The notes: generated from the letters alone by a model not told the origin. Shown: positions 12,525 to 26,350, numbered from the stretch's first letter. The stretch: 64,000 nucleotides of DNA from Amoeboaphelidium protococcarum X5 (GCA_023515725.1 JALDTO010000098.1:1328164-1392163), one strand, 5' to 3'. Numbers and translations: made by a program.

Positions 12525-13580
12525 TCAATTCAACTTGTTTAGAATATTATTCATTATCGCATCAAACTGCTTGGACCACACACTATCAGGATACTCATCA
12601 GACATGCAGCCACCGCGTTCTGATAGTTAGACTACTCGAGGATCTAGCGGGATGGAGCCAAGGTACGATATATCCATCTCTTGACACAGCTACTCCACAG
12701 TATTTTTCCTGCCTCTCTTACTATTATTACCACCTCGCGGAAGTACATCGCTTTCACCACCGCAGGATGGACAAACAAATCCAGCCATATTCTCCACCAC
12801 TCCGATGATCTGAATACCAACTTTACGACAAAAGTTAATCTCCTTTCTCACATCCTACAAGGACATTTCTTATGGAGTCGTTACTAATACTGCTTGCGCA
12901 TCGGGCAAGTATTTCGTGACCGACAGATGTTCATCAGATGTACCGGGAGGCAGATCACATATCAGAAAATCCAGATCACCCCAACTAACATCTCTAAGGA
13001 ATCGCGTTATCATCTCATGTTTACGCGCACCTCTCCAAATTACAGGTGTATCCTTCTGTGGTAGCATGAGGCCCGTAGAGATCATTTATAAATTAGGGTG
13101 GTTCTATAACACATGTGAAGTCCATCCGCTTCCACTTTCATGGATCAAGCGATCAGCATCATCCCCATTCTAATCAACCGGTATATGGTCACTTTACATA
13201 GAATCTGAATTTTATTACTCACTTCCATGATGATCATGTTGATCGTTTTCAAGACCAACCATTCGCGGTATCGATGGGCCAGTCAGATCAAAGTCGACCA
13301 GAGCAATTTCCACGTCCAAATCTCCAGCGAGATATAATGCAATCTATGTGCTAACAGTACTCTTGCCTACACCACCTTTACCGCTCAGTACTAACAGCTT
13401 ATGATTAATTTACTGCATCCTTTCCCCTATCAGTGGCAGCGATGGATCCTCTTTAGGCACTTTTGGCAATGTAGCGCAAATCTACTGATTAGGACAGCCA
13501 GCGCAAGCATCCTGCTTCCCCGCCTACTCCGACTATGGTCCAGGACAATGTTCATTCGCGTCCTTTGGCTATTCACTCAT
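12525..13580 (-). CDS. NBP35: Cytosolic Fe-S assembly P-loop NTPase Nbp35/NUBP1
   Basis: [51 protein letters not shown] (Q=TAA), [12 protein letters not shown]. Confidence 0.95.
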
Positions 13581-13790
13581 ATCGTTTAATTTTACTATTT
13601 ATCAAGCTAGTATCAAAATGACAAGAAGTAAATAAGGAGGTAATCTTGCCAATGGAGATACTGTAATTTGTATAGTTTTCTGCGGCGAAATCAGAGAAGA
13701 GCTTTCAACGACTTGGTTGTTTCCTGTAGATTATTGACGTGATCGTGTAATAGAATAAAATTTTTGCTTTCTATACAACTATATAAAAGT

Positions 13791-14393
13791 ATGTCTGCAT
13801 AGGCTCCTCCTAGATTGCACAAAAGAATCATGCAAGAGGCGTAATACTTTACTAGTAATTTACCTGACGGCATGTATGGTGGTCCAGTGGATGATGACAT
13901 TTCCAAATGGTCAGTTGGGTTTCAAGGTCCAGTAAGATTTTGATATATGAACATCCTGCTATCATATTTTAATTATTGACGCATTTAAGTGCTTGTAGAG
14001 CAATTCGCCGTATGCCAAAGGCTTCTTTGCCTTAGATATCGTATTTCCCGGTGATTATCCATTCAAACCACCTTAAATAAAGTTTAGTCAGAAGGTTTAT
14101 CATCCCAACATTGATGATGATGGTAACATATGCTTGACACTACTCAAGACTGATAGCTGGAAACCATCTCTGCGCGTTCTAGAAGGTAGAGTTTAATCAG
14201 TTTATTATTATTTCAGCGATTTAGACTATTTTGTCTTCAGTGTGTAGTGCTTAAAGAGATATAATTGCTGATGGAGTAGCCAAATCCGGATGATCCTCTA
14301 AATAACATTGCGGCGTCTTAATACCGTGAGAATCGTCAAGAATTTGAAAAGACTGCACGGGAATGGACTTCCAAGTATGCATTAAAGAAGTGA
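13791..14393 (+). CDS. Ubiquitin-conjugating enzyme E2 (Ubc4/UBE2L3-like); introns 13932-13998 and 14186-14247
   Basis: Spliced product has GPSNSPYAKGFF, DYPFKPPQIKF, YHPNIDDDGNICLTLL, PNPDDPL and TAREWTSKYA. Both introns are GT...TGTAG and restore the frame. Confidence 0.92.
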
Positions 14394-14508
14394 ATAAAAT
14401 GTATGTGAATGACATTCTTCACCGTAATTACCACGCATTAAATTTCATTGATTTCAAAATTGATCAATACCACTCATTGATCTCACCTACTTACGTTGAC
14501 CGAACTGA

Positions 14509-15177
14509 TCAGTGTTGCATAACGAACTATTTAAAGTTCAAATTCATTGGTACCGCTAGGACGTCACCATCTTGGCATTTGACATCTGCCGGAGGTTGGA
14601 ATGCACTTTCATCAGGTTGCTCCTCAGAATAGTAATCCACATATTACTTGGTTTCGATCCAATCTCCGGTAACCAGCATTTGCTCCTCTAATGCACCAAC
14701 ACGAGCACCAGTCTCAGCATCGATATACAGCCACAGCTTAATGTCAGTACCATCGCGATTGTTAAGATCACTAGCGTACTCTTTGACTTTCTTGTCAGCA
14801 AACTCAGTGAGACGCGTAAATTGGTATTCAGGCTTCTTGAACGCGTCACGTGGGATCCCCTTATAGACAACGCATTCATATGGACTATCAGTAGTTCTAT
14901 AATACACAGTAGTTTGTCCATTCTGAACAATGAAAGTGCGCATCATACCACCAATACTCATAGCCGACTTCACCTTCAAATTCTTGTAATCATACACCTC
15001 TTCCACAGAGCCACCGCCAAAAAACTAGCTCTTAGAGGTGGACTTGACATGATACTGATCAGGAAACTGCAAAGCGCCTTCAGAGACTAATTAGCCTGAC
15101 ACGGGCGCAAAACTTTGACTAGGCAATGCAAAGCTTGCGCCAATGTAAATTACTGCTAAATTAATAAAGGTCTTCAT
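14509..15177 (-). CDS. Secreted 222-aa protein, possibly ependymin-related/LolA-like fold
   Basis: Signal peptide MKTFINLAVIYIGASFA, LQFPDQYHVK, beta-rich body, C-terminal PDESAFQPPADVKC. The CDS is solid; the family call is tentative. Confidence 0.65.
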
Positions 15178-15464
15178 GGTGTGGACAATAATTGTGGGAA
15201 AAAGATGTAAAATTGTGGCTGGTTTGTAAGCACGATGCGCTTTTCATAAATTATATAATCACAGGGGGTGGATTTTATTCCCACAATTGATCACGGTTCT
15301 CTAAAACTAAGCCACAGTTTATGACATGTGCTGGAAAGCTCAATCTTTACGACCGGCAAACAATAAGTGGCGCCTTTGTATTCATGTTATAATATAACTC
15401 GCGTAAATAGAAATGATTGAGCATTCTCACGATGATCTATTGAATTGTCTATCAATAACAAACC

Positions 15465-16322
15465 TCATTATAATTTATCGACGCGTAGTCTTCTTTTCTT
15501 TTGCTTATATAAAGCCAGTACATACTCATCAGTAATTAAGAACTCATTTATACTTTTCAACCATGGTGCTGCCAAAACTAATTGATCCAGTGCTTCACTA
15601 TTAATTCCATGTGAATCTTCCGTGACTAATGACTGATTAATGTAAAGCCGCTCCAAATTGTACAGCTCGTGACAGAGAGATAATATCTATTGTAAATTCT
15701 ACGAGTTATTGATGATATTCAACCATCTTAATTCATTGAACTGATGCAAACATTCGGTATGAAGATCTTCGTTTCCTGAAACATTTAAATTTTGCAAATC
15801 AGGCATCTTCTTACAGCTCTGCGCATCAAATGACTTCAACATATTACCAGAGATATTTAAAGTTGTCATACGCGGTAATATCGTAGTTGGATGGAGATAC
15901 TATATAGAATTGTCAGAGAGATCGACATACTCTATGCTAAGAGGAAGTTCAGGCATTTTAGTTAGTCGATTGCCTGATAGATTTATGCTCGTCAACTCTC
16001 GCAGATTGATCAACGATGGAACGCCTACAAAATGAATTGATATTGGAATCCCAAATAAAATAACGAATAGAAGCCTTACATGTTAGTGCGTTATTTGATA
16101 AATCCAAATATGTAAGAGTTTTCAGTGAGGTGAGCCATATAATATTGCTCAATTTTTGATTCTACAATGTGATGGTAGAAATTTTGACATTTAAATTGAT
16201 CAATTGACGGTGAAACTTACCTGCAAAACGAGCTGAGTCATCACTGGAGATCCGCGAATTGGACACATACTCAGATTGTAGTAGTAGTTTTATTCCCACT
16301 CTTTTCTACTGATAATCTCCAT
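15465..16322 (-). CDS. Leucine-rich repeat protein; introns 16162-16220 and 16025-16079
   Basis: Spliced LRRs LTYLDLSNNAL, LTSINLSGNRL, IEYVDLSDNSI, MTTLNISGNML, LQNLNVSGN. Introns are GTAAGT...TGTAG and GTAAGG...TGTAG. Confidence 0.8.
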
Positions 16323-16981
16323 TATTCTATAGTATTTATATCAAAATGTGTTATGATTGTCGCAAGTGAGAAGGGTCATTTTAAATATGAAACTTTCATT
16401 GTTTGATCAGCATTTCAGTCAATCAGCAGCAGTACCAAGTTTGTTTTGAAACTAGGCATGCATTCACCTAAAAATATGATCATCCTTTATAGTAGTCAAT
16501 TAGTCTTTGCTGATAAAGCATATTGACATCGTTGAAGAAATTGAATTTAAGCTACATTACTTAATTCGTGCTTACGCCGATAAATGTATACTTACTGATT
16601 CAATAGTAGAGTTCTAATTCCCATAAGATCAAAAATATGATGAAACGCCCAGTAGACAAACAAATTTCCATGAGACATTTTCAAATCACTCGTCTATTTT
16701 CTTCGTGTAAAGAAGTGTCAAGAGGTCATCCAATCTACGATTAGAATGATCATCACCATTATAACATAGACTAGATTAATAACTAAGACACAAAAGAGGA
16801 AAGAAAAACGCGTACTATGCTGAAATTCTAAATTCTCAATTTAATTCATTATGGAGTACAGGTGAACAAACCAATCTATAGCCGTTCCCAACGAATTTGC
16901 AAAGCTTTTGTGAAACGGCAATTCTAAACGTTTTCCTTCCACTGCAGACAGAACAAAAGGAAAAGACTTTTAGAAGCTATC

Positions 16982-19906
16982 ATGGCACCCAAGAAACTTT
17001 AAGGGAGGGAACAACTGGCAATGGAAGACAGTGAGCCGTTAATTAATTAGTCAGCTTAGAGTGCTGATGATTTAAATGTAAATAACGACTAGTAAAAGAC
17101 TGCTATCAGATGGGAGTTATCAAGGTTGCTGTTCGTAGTGGCGGCCGTTGGGTTTCTGCTCGCGCTTTCCTGTTTTGAACTGCAGAAGAGCAGCGACGGT
17201 CACTTTCATTCTCAACACACGTTAAACAACTACAACAATAACGATATGCCGTCCATCATGTACACCGATGTTGACTTTCTGGATAGAGATGTGTTGCCTA
17301 CGAATGTTAAGCCTACTCATTATGACTTGCATGTGTGGCCAAATTTGGAGACTTTCAAGTTCAATGCTCAAGTCACAATTGACCTTGACGTGAAGCAGGA
17401 TTCTAGTGAGATTGTGCTGAATGCCGTGGAGATTGAGGTTGAAGAGGCGTACCTGCTGGTAGATAGTTCTTCTAAGATCAGTGTTACCAAGGTGTAGAAG
17501 ATTGAGAAGGAAGAGATTGTTAGATTCTAGTTGGAGAAGTCCGTCGCGTCTGGTCAGAAAGTGAAACTGTTTGTGAAGTATGTTGGCTTGCACAATGACA
17601 AGATGGCTGGCTTCTACAGATCTCAGTATGAGGATGCAGTCAGTGGTAAGAAGAAGCACCTGGTGGTCACTTAGTTTGAGCCTACCGATGCTCGTAAAGC
17701 TCTGCCGTGTTGGGACGAGCCGTCTCTGAAGGCCACATTTGACGTTACGATCACCTGTGATGAGAAGTACACTGCTTTAAGCAACATGAATGATATCAGC
17801 ACTAAGCAGGTTGGAAATGGGTAGAAGGAGGTGAAGTTTGCTACCTCTCCTATCATGTCTACTTATCTTCTGGCCATGGTTGTCGGTGAGCTGGACTACA
17901 TTGAGTCTCATACCGCGGATGAGTAGAAGACTTTGGTGCGTGTTTTCACGACTAAAGGCCTGTCTGAAGAGGGTAGATTTGCATTGGATACTTGTGTTAA
18001 GGTTCTACAATTTTTTGCCAAGTACTTTAAGATTGCTTATCCACTGCCAAAGATGGACCTGGTCGCAATTCCTGATTTCAGTGCTGGTGCTATGGAGAAT
18101 TTCGGTCTGGTCACTTATAGGACTGTGTATTTGTTATTCAATGAGAAGTCTAGTGCTGCAAGAGCCAAGCAGAATATTGCGTATGTTGTTAGTCATGAAT
18201 TGGCTCATCAGTGGTTTGGTAATCTAGTCACCTTTGAGTGGTGGTCTGACTTGTGGCTGAATGAAGGATTCGCTACTTGGGCTGGCTGGTTGGCTACCGA
18301 TCATGTATTCCCTGAGTGGAAGGTGTGGACTTAGTTTGTGAATGATGACTTTTAACGTGGTCTCAACCTGGACAGTCTCAAGTCTAGTCACCCTATCGAG
18401 GTTCCGGTGAAGAATCCTGCAGAGATTCATCAGATCTTTGACGCCATCAGTTATAGTAAAGGAGCCAGTGTTATCCGCATGTTGGCAAACTATCTTGGTG
18501 AAAAGGATTTCCAGACTGGAGTTTGCAATTATCTGCAGCAGTTCAAGTATAGAAATGCGTAGACTAAAGATTTGTGGGCTGCATTGGAGGCTGCCAGTGG
18601 TAAGCCCGTCGGAAAGTTGATGACTTCGTGGACGCGCCAAGTGGGCTATCCAGTTGTGAACGTTGAGGAAGTTGGCGGTGATTCTTCTAAATTGACTTTG
18701 CAGCTTAAGCAGTAGCGTTTCCTTGCAAGCGGTGAGGTTGAGAAGGATAGCCTGTGGTTCATTCCAGTCCAGGTTGTTACGTCTGCAAATGAAGCTCAGC
18801 CTTCCTCTGATATTCTTGATACGAAGGAAGGTCGAATCACATTGCCTCCTACCAGTAGCCAATAGAGCGCTGCCGGCTTCTTTTATAAGCTGAACTTTGA
18901 GTAGACTGGATTTTATCGTACCAATTACGAGGCTAAAGCTTTGAGCAATATTGGTACGGCCATTAAGAATGGTAAGCTGAGCAAAAGTGATCGTGTTGGT
19001 ATTCTTGCTGATGCTTTTGCACTCGCAGAGTCCGGACACACCTCTGTGGTAAATGGTTTGAAGCTGCTGGAGAATTTTAAGAGCGAAGATAACTACGTCG
19101 TGTGGAATGAGATTGCGGCCGAGTTGGGCAAAGTGCGCTCAATCTGGTGGTCTGAGCCTAAAGTAGTCACTGATAAGTTGAAGCAATTGTCTCGTAACAT
19201 GTTTGGTCCTGTGGCAAAGTCTCTTGGCTGGGATTATGCCGAGAAGGAGAATCATTTGAAGGCTATGCTTCGTACTCTGGTCATTGGTGTCGCTGGTAAA
19301 TCTGATGATGCTGATATCATTGCAGAGTGCAGAAAGAGGTTTGATTTGTTCATTGGCGGCAATTAAGAGTCTATCCACCCTAATCTGCGCGGTGCTGTGT
19401 TTGCTGTCGTTCTGCGTAATGGAGGAGTGAAGGAGTATGAGGCTGTGCTCAAGATTTATCAAGAGACTAAAGTTGCTGATCAGAAGCTGGTCGCTCTGGG
19501 TGCTCTAGGATCTACTCAAGATGAAAGTTTACTACTGCGTACTCTTGACTTTGGTCTGAGTGATTAGGTACGTCCTCAGGATATCATTTACGTCGTGTCT
19601 CCCGTCGCTTCCAACACTCAAGGTCGCAGATTGGCTTGGAAATGGGTCAAGGATAACTGGTAGGTGTTGTATGATCGTTACTACTCAGGATCCATGTCGT
19701 TGTTGAGCCGCATTGTGTCCTCTTCCACGGAGGATTTCTCCAGTGCTGACATGTATGCCGATGTTGAGCAATTCTTCAACGGCAAGGAGGTAAAGGCTAT
19801 CAGCCGTGCTATTCAACAGAGTTTGGAGAAGATTGATACTCATGCCAAGTATTTGCAGCGTGATCGTGCAGCAGTTGAGTCTTGGGCCTCTCAGTACACC
19901 AACTGA
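16982..19906 (+). CDS. M1 family (puromycin-sensitive/Ape2-like) aminopeptidase with an N-terminal membrane-anchor extension
   Basis: TQFEPTDAR (Q=TAG), [35 protein letters not shown]1-like C-terminal domain. Single frame of 974 aa. Confidence 0.95.
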
Positions 19907-20017
19907 GAGAGGGAATTGCTTAATTGTAAGCCTTTAAAAGAATGAGTGAATATATAAAATGGCAATTGGAGTCAATAAAACTGCGGTAGTAACATTTACA
20001 CATTTCACTTAAAAGCA

Positions 20018-21607
20018 TCAATTGTCTTTATTCTCTTGATCTTCCTCTACGGTGAGATGCGCCAGCTCTTGAATCATTCCAAAACTGTTCAGTTTGTTGA
20101 TATTGTCATTAACAGTAACAGCATCACCATGCATAGGCAGAACGCTAACACTGCTCATAGTCTGCTTCGTTATACTACTCAAATGAATATTAAATGGCGA
20201 AGACACAAGCTTTCCAACTTGATCTGAAGACGCGATGGGACTTGATTACTACGGCACTTGACTGCGTCCTTACGTTTGAATATTTCCGTAATTCTTTAAC
20301 CATTGAGGAGTCGCCGGCAGTTCAGTCAACACTTTCTAAGCCACCACTTGTCTGGATGCCTTCTCAAACTCCAATTTCTCCAATTCAAATCTCTCGCGCT
20401 CTTTACCAAGCTTAAGGGCAGCCTCTGTAAACTTTACTCTTTCGCGTTCAAGCTGATCGCGTTGAGCATTTAGAGTCTCAACCAGCTGCTTTGTCTACTC
20501 AGAATTAACATTATCAGCAACTCGATTACTCTACATAGGGGAACGCTTGTTAGAAGACTTGCCGAATTTAGTCAGGGAGGTGTCCAACAACTAAGCCTGC
20601 TCATCAATGAGATGTTTCAATTCTTCAATCTAGGACTGCAAGTTTTAGATCTGCTCATTCTTCAACTAACCTTCTTACGTGATAACATTCACCTTCTTTT
20701 CGTATTCAGTCAGACGAATCTTCAACTCTTCAAAAGCAACTTCAAACGCCTGTTAGATATTATCTTTACTAACACTGGCAGGTAATTACAACTAATTTTT
20801 CACAACTGATTTCAGAATGTCGGATGACTGTTAGTCTTCAATCAAGATAGATTATATCAATTGAAACACCTACACCAATTAATGTTTGAGATGATTAATC
20901 TCCCCCAGAAGCTCGCCTTTAGTACTCTCCATACTTTATATGATTTACTATGCCACCTCATTAGCGATTACAGACTTGTCCTTCTACAACTGCGAACCGA
21001 AATGGCGTGTACCAGCATCAAGTCCATCTACAACTTTGACATCAAACTTTTGTGCCTTCATGCCATCAGTCACAGTCTTCTGATACAAATTCTTCACTTT
21101 CAAATACTCAATCTCTTTCTTCTTCAGTTCATGAGCATAAGTTGACTTGACATTCCCAAGAGATTACTTGCACAGGCGTAGTTCATCCTTCAGAGTGGCG
21201 ACTGCTTTCTCCAGATATTTCGCGCCCGCTTGAGAATTTGCCAACTTTTATCGGAGCTGAAACAATTCTCGTTCCGCGTCGTCCAGTCGCCTTTACAGCG
21301 CCGCATTCTTCCCCTCAAGGACACTCTGAGACTGTTACAGGGCCACCATGTGTGATTTCTCTGCACTACTAGAGGAATGATAATGTTCACTATTTAATTA
21401 TGTCATGAGGTGGTCCAGAACATTCACCAGCACTGGATCATTTAGAGAATTCTTGTCAATACGAAGAAGTTCAAGTCCATTAGTAATTAAATATTGGTTG
21501 ACAACGTTCACGACTTTCTATGGGGAACTATCATCTCTTTACTAGTCATCCTTTGTTGGCGTACTGACCAAAGCTCCCTTTCCATTTTAAGAACTTGCAC
21601 CACTCAT
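20018..21607 (-). CDS. Msd1/SSX2IP (ADIP)-like coiled-coil microtubule-anchoring protein
   Basis: YAHELKKKEIEYLKVK and LERERVKFTEAALKLGKERE motifs; long coiled coils. Confidence 0.7.
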
Positions 21608-21899
21608 TGTTATAATAATATCTCCACAGTTTCAAAAGCTCTATATACTGTAATAATATGAAGAATGACAAAGGCAGTTAGATAGTCAGTTGGCAGAAAA
21701 GAAGACGGCTGAAACGCGTCGATTTGAAACGACAACTGAGGCCTGCACTCTACAGCAGCACTTTTCAAATCATTATACATTGCGTTGATATAATTCTTCA
21801 GTTCACTATTGTATGCAAGAATATTCTCTATTGGCTGAAATATCTGTTCGCTTATTAAATAGGATGCATCAATGTAAATTTAGATTCAGCATTGTAAAC

Positions 21900-24375
21900 G
21901 ATTATACGGATAACTATTATATACTGTACATCCGACTGAATTCACTACCAAAATTCTTAAGGTGATAAAGCACTTGGAATTACTGCTCTATTTTTGGTTT
22001 CAATGTTTGGCGCTCTTAGAGGCAGCCCTTGTTCTCACCGGGAAGTTTCAGCATCCTCTTTTAACCTCTGTAAAATCATGTTGTGACATCATTCTGAACG
22101 GCTCCTGTAAACCAGGCGTCTCACTGGTGCCAACATTTTAGTCCAACTCAACGCCACTAGCATCCCCCTATAAGCTTTGGAACGAAGGGATCTTCGTGAT
22201 TCGTCCAGACTGCGCAAGAGAGGGGGTGGGGTGATGCAGCGTATACAGATGAAAAGGGATAGTAATCTCCAGCTTGAATCTTCTCTCGTATGACATATGC
22301 CAGCAGGAACAAGTCATCTTCTTTAGCCTTGTAAACAAAGCTCCACGGTAGTTCGCTAAACTGCAGGACTTTGACTCCAAGGAGCTATGGTAAACTAGCT
22401 GAGTGATTCTAGCTCCACGCCTGCAGCAAATTTTCCAGTACGTAAAGACCTTCTACTTTCTTGCCCAAGTAGACTTCACCGTCGGAGCGTTACTCTCGAA
22501 AAACCACATCCTTTCTCTTTTCCGCCATTTTTGTAGTCAAGCCTTAAGCTATGTCAGTGAGGCTTTCCACATCAGCAGGATTAGGCATGCCCAACTTAGA
22601 GTCAATAATATGTTACACGACTTGATTGCGGACCTCAATAGTCGCGCGTTTATCTTCCACCCTTGCGAAATAAGGAAGCGTTCATGGCCCAGATTTTGAC
22701 AATACAGTGACCAATTGGATACAATGTAAGCCTTATCAACACTGTGCTATTACCGTCCTAACCACGCCATATACCCAGTTTATTTTAATCATACTTCTCT
22801 ATTAAATAGCTATAGTAGTTGAGACAGCCTACCACTATATTTACATACTTTTAACCAGAATAGTTGGGGTAACTAAATGGACCACAAAGTCCATAGTGAC
22901 CTTTGACCAGTGCTCCAGACTTAAACCATAAATGCAAAAGTCATTTTTATAACAGTACGTTGATTTCTTTCAATCTTTGAACACCACTTACTGCAAGAAG
23001 GCACCTCCAAGGAAGTAAGTATCAAGCGACGCGAGTGGGCTTAATCTTCATCCTAACAAAAGTTTTGCAATCATAGCAGTGCTTACTTATATCCTTAGTT
23101 ATGTCCTTGATAAGATGCTTTTAAAATGCATATTAAGCAACTAATGTACAGTAACGCTACTTTCATCTAGTCAGTATATATGCGTTACAGACAGCATTAT
23201 TCAGGACGGCAGAGTTCAGATCTAGACGCTATACTCCTAACAGATGCTCAAGAGCCACCAGCTAACCCAGAACCTCTACATTTCCTGCGTTTTTACAAAT
23301 CGCCACTTATAGCAGAGCATACTCCGAGTATTAAATTTACTCTAAGCTCTAAAAGTCATCATAGGGAGCAAGAGAAATATGATCAGAACCTTGTTGACAA
23401 AGAATCACGGCAGCAGCCATCATCCATGATACTTAGAGCAGTTAAGTGGTCATATTGCGCCACAAGCACCTCATACTTTCAGATATTCAAACCGACGCAA
23501 TCAGACAGAGTTTTGATAGTCATTTGATCGTAGAATCCTCCTTCATATGAAGCAGCATCAAACTCAGATAGCCATTCATTTCCTCATTGGCCATTTATTC
23601 TATCATATGAGGAAAGTATTGCGCCCCATATTAAAAAGACGTTATAGACTTTAAATAAATTTGAGGTAACCCAGTCGAATAAAGTCTATTCGTTCAGGAT
23701 TCCAATATTTAAACACGCGTCGCGCCTCATTTACAATAACCTATTAGGAGGCGCTTTGTCATCTTCACGCCAACCACTGACTGCAACTTTATGACACCTC
23801 AGATTGGTCCATCTGCAGTAGTTTCAGCATCTCTTCAGCACATGTACCTACATCACGGAAATTCTTCTGATCATGACCTTGTATGCACGACGTCTTTGTG
23901 AGCAGCATACAAATGAGAGCTTGGAATATGTACACTACTCATTTGTGTGCCAGAAGGGAACTTCTTTATAAAAATTCTTCTAAAATTGACATGCAATATC
24001 ATAGAACACCAAGAGAGATCAGAGGATTCATCAAATTTCGATTAAACATTCTTCAAAGCTACCTATTTATCCGTAATCAAAGGCACGCCTTATGAATTAT
24101 AGAGCATATAATGGAAAAGGAGGGCGAGCAGGGACATCCATTGGTTTGAGAGAGCGGACAACCAGCAGAACAGTAGATTTCAGCATTTGAGACAGACTTA
24201 TGAATCAGTGTATTATAAGCGTATTCACCGAACCAATTTCAGATGACAGACAGCATTCGCCATATGTAGCTATACGGAATCTTTAAAAACTCAGTTGTCA
24301 ATATTAGAACCGTCTTATGTCGGTCTACAGTTGATCATCAACTATAAAGCCACCATTCTTCTTCATTCGCCATTA
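21900..24375 (-). pseudogene. Decayed, frameshifted long ORF of unknown family; boundaries approximate
   Basis: Protein-like minus-strand segments, e.g. ~175 codons LPYFARVEDKRATIEVRNQVVQHIIDSKLG...DPFVPKLIG at ~22150-22680, broken by TGA codons and frame switches. No coherent ORF in any frame even in code 6. Confidence 0.4.
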
Positions 24376-24636
24376 AACCACAAAACATTTAATTTCCATT
24401 CTAATCAAAGCGTGCAATAAACGCGATAATAGCCGCCTGCCTGCCTGCCTGTATTACTGTACTCAAGTTCTACTACCTATCGCTAACTCGCACAAAAATT
24501 ACTAAAGAACTTGACTGATCGAACGAACGCGTTTACTTCGCGCGTTATTTTCAATTTGCTTCTCTCTTCACCTACAGTGTTCCTTCTCATCATTATAATT
24601 GACCATATTTATTGTATATTAGTATTTGATATAGAG

Positions 24637-26250
24637 ATGACCAAAGTTTTGATAGTTGGTAGTCTTATTGATTCAAGTCAGACTCTATACAGTGAATTTA
24701 TATCGAAATTGGAAAAGATAAATGAAAAGTACGGACCGTTTGATTTGATTATCAGTCTTGGTGATCCTGGCAATCATCTGTGTACTTATGATGGGAAGCT
24801 CTGCATATATTCGTGTCAATCTAGGCTCGCAGTACAATCTTAGTCTTAATCTTCGTCTTAATAATCGAGTTTGGTGAATGAAAACATTATTTAATTTGTT
24901 GGTAATGGTGTATTTTAGTCTGCTGAAGGCGTATAATTGGCGTATCAGTTTATGGATTGTGGTGATTAGATGGAATCTTAATTCAGTAATCGCCCCGGTG
25001 TAAATTTTGATATTCTTCTTACTTAGTAATGGCCTTCAGAGATTAATAAAAAGTCTAGAAAGATGGTGGATTTTGTTAATTCTGATGACAAGGCGTGTAA
25101 CGATGCTCTGCGTGTCATGTAGTAATGTAGACCAAAGTATGTGTTCAGTGATGGTCAGAATGTGTTCTATGAGAGAGAACCATTTTATTATGATGAGAAT
25201 GATTAACTTACTAATACTAGATTTATTGGACTGGGTAAGTATGGTAATAATGAAAAGTAGAGATGGTTCTACGCGTTCACTGTCTCAAAGTAATCTGGTG
25301 CTTAGATTCCTGCCGACATTACTCCATCCCCATATTCTTCATAAAGAGCCAAGAGAACTTTAACTTAGGCATCAGGTAGTGCAAATAATACAGATAATAA
25401 GACAGCTACTGCTACTGCTACCAATACTAGTACTAACTCTTCAGATTAGCGAAAGAAGCCTCGACCGGGATACATTTGCAAGATCTGCAAGTCCACAGAG
25501 CATTTCATACAGGATTGTCCGTAAAAGTCGCAGCGTCTAGGTGCACCTTCAACTAAAGTGATTGATGTTTAGAAGTGCTGGTTCTGCCTTAGTAATCCTG
25601 ATATTGAATCTCATCTGATTGTTAGCATCGGGAAATATTACTATGTGGCTCTTCCAAAAGGTCCTTTATGCAAGAATCATGTTCTGATTATTCCCATTGC
25701 TCATCAGAGTAGTCTATTATCTCCTTTAAGTAGTAGCAATACCGAGAATGGCGATAGTGATGGCGATGATAGTAAAGCATAAAAACTTGAGCTTTAAAAG
25801 TATATGCTTTCCATCACGTAAATGTATAACAGTCTTAAGCAGACATCCGTATTTCTAGAAATAAATTACAGGACATAACATTCATTCGTGTAATGCATAC
25901 CAATTGCCGAGGAATAGATGGATGAGGATCGGTTAGTTTAGCTGTACAATGACCAGCTGCACGCTCTGTATGGTCAAGATGCAAGCATGGTGGAGTCGAC
26001 GGCTAATTCTCAATCTCCATCGCCATTATGTGACAGTTACATTGCATTACGTTTGGCATCAACTGGTAAATTGTACATTTATCGCTTCCAACACCGTTTT
26101 GAGATTAATATTGGACGCGCCGTGATGGCCAAGTTTATTGGTGCTGAAAAGAAGTCAGATTGGCGAGATTGTGTCTATAAAAAGCATTTAGAGGTTCAAC
26201 TAGCAGAAGATTTTAAAACATAATTCCAAGAATATGACTTTACATTGTGA
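24637..26250 (+). CDS. CWF19L1: CWF19L1/Drn1 (CwfJ domain) splicing-associated protein with a zinc knuckle
   Basis: KINEKYGPFDLIISLGD, FYEREPF, PGYICKICKSTEHFIQDCP, CWFCLSNPDIESHLIVSIG...LPKGPL...HVLIIPIAH. Confidence 0.9.
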
Positions 26251-26350
26251 TGAAGATATTGCCGAAAGGATTATTTATATCAGTATATATTCATTCATTC
26301 ATTCTATAATAGTGTCACATTTCAGTACAAAAGATTTACAATTGCGTTCA

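Noticed and set aside
17222-19462. Long antisense ORFs in the track (e.g. 18224..19039 -)
   Set aside because: Shadows of the strongly codon-biased aminopeptidase gene on the opposite strand.
23255-23280. Telomerase RNA template (GCTAACCCAGAACC)
   Set aside because: Only a partial match to a 1.5-repeat TTAGGG template, the telomere repeat of this organism is not visible here, and no supporting structure was identified.
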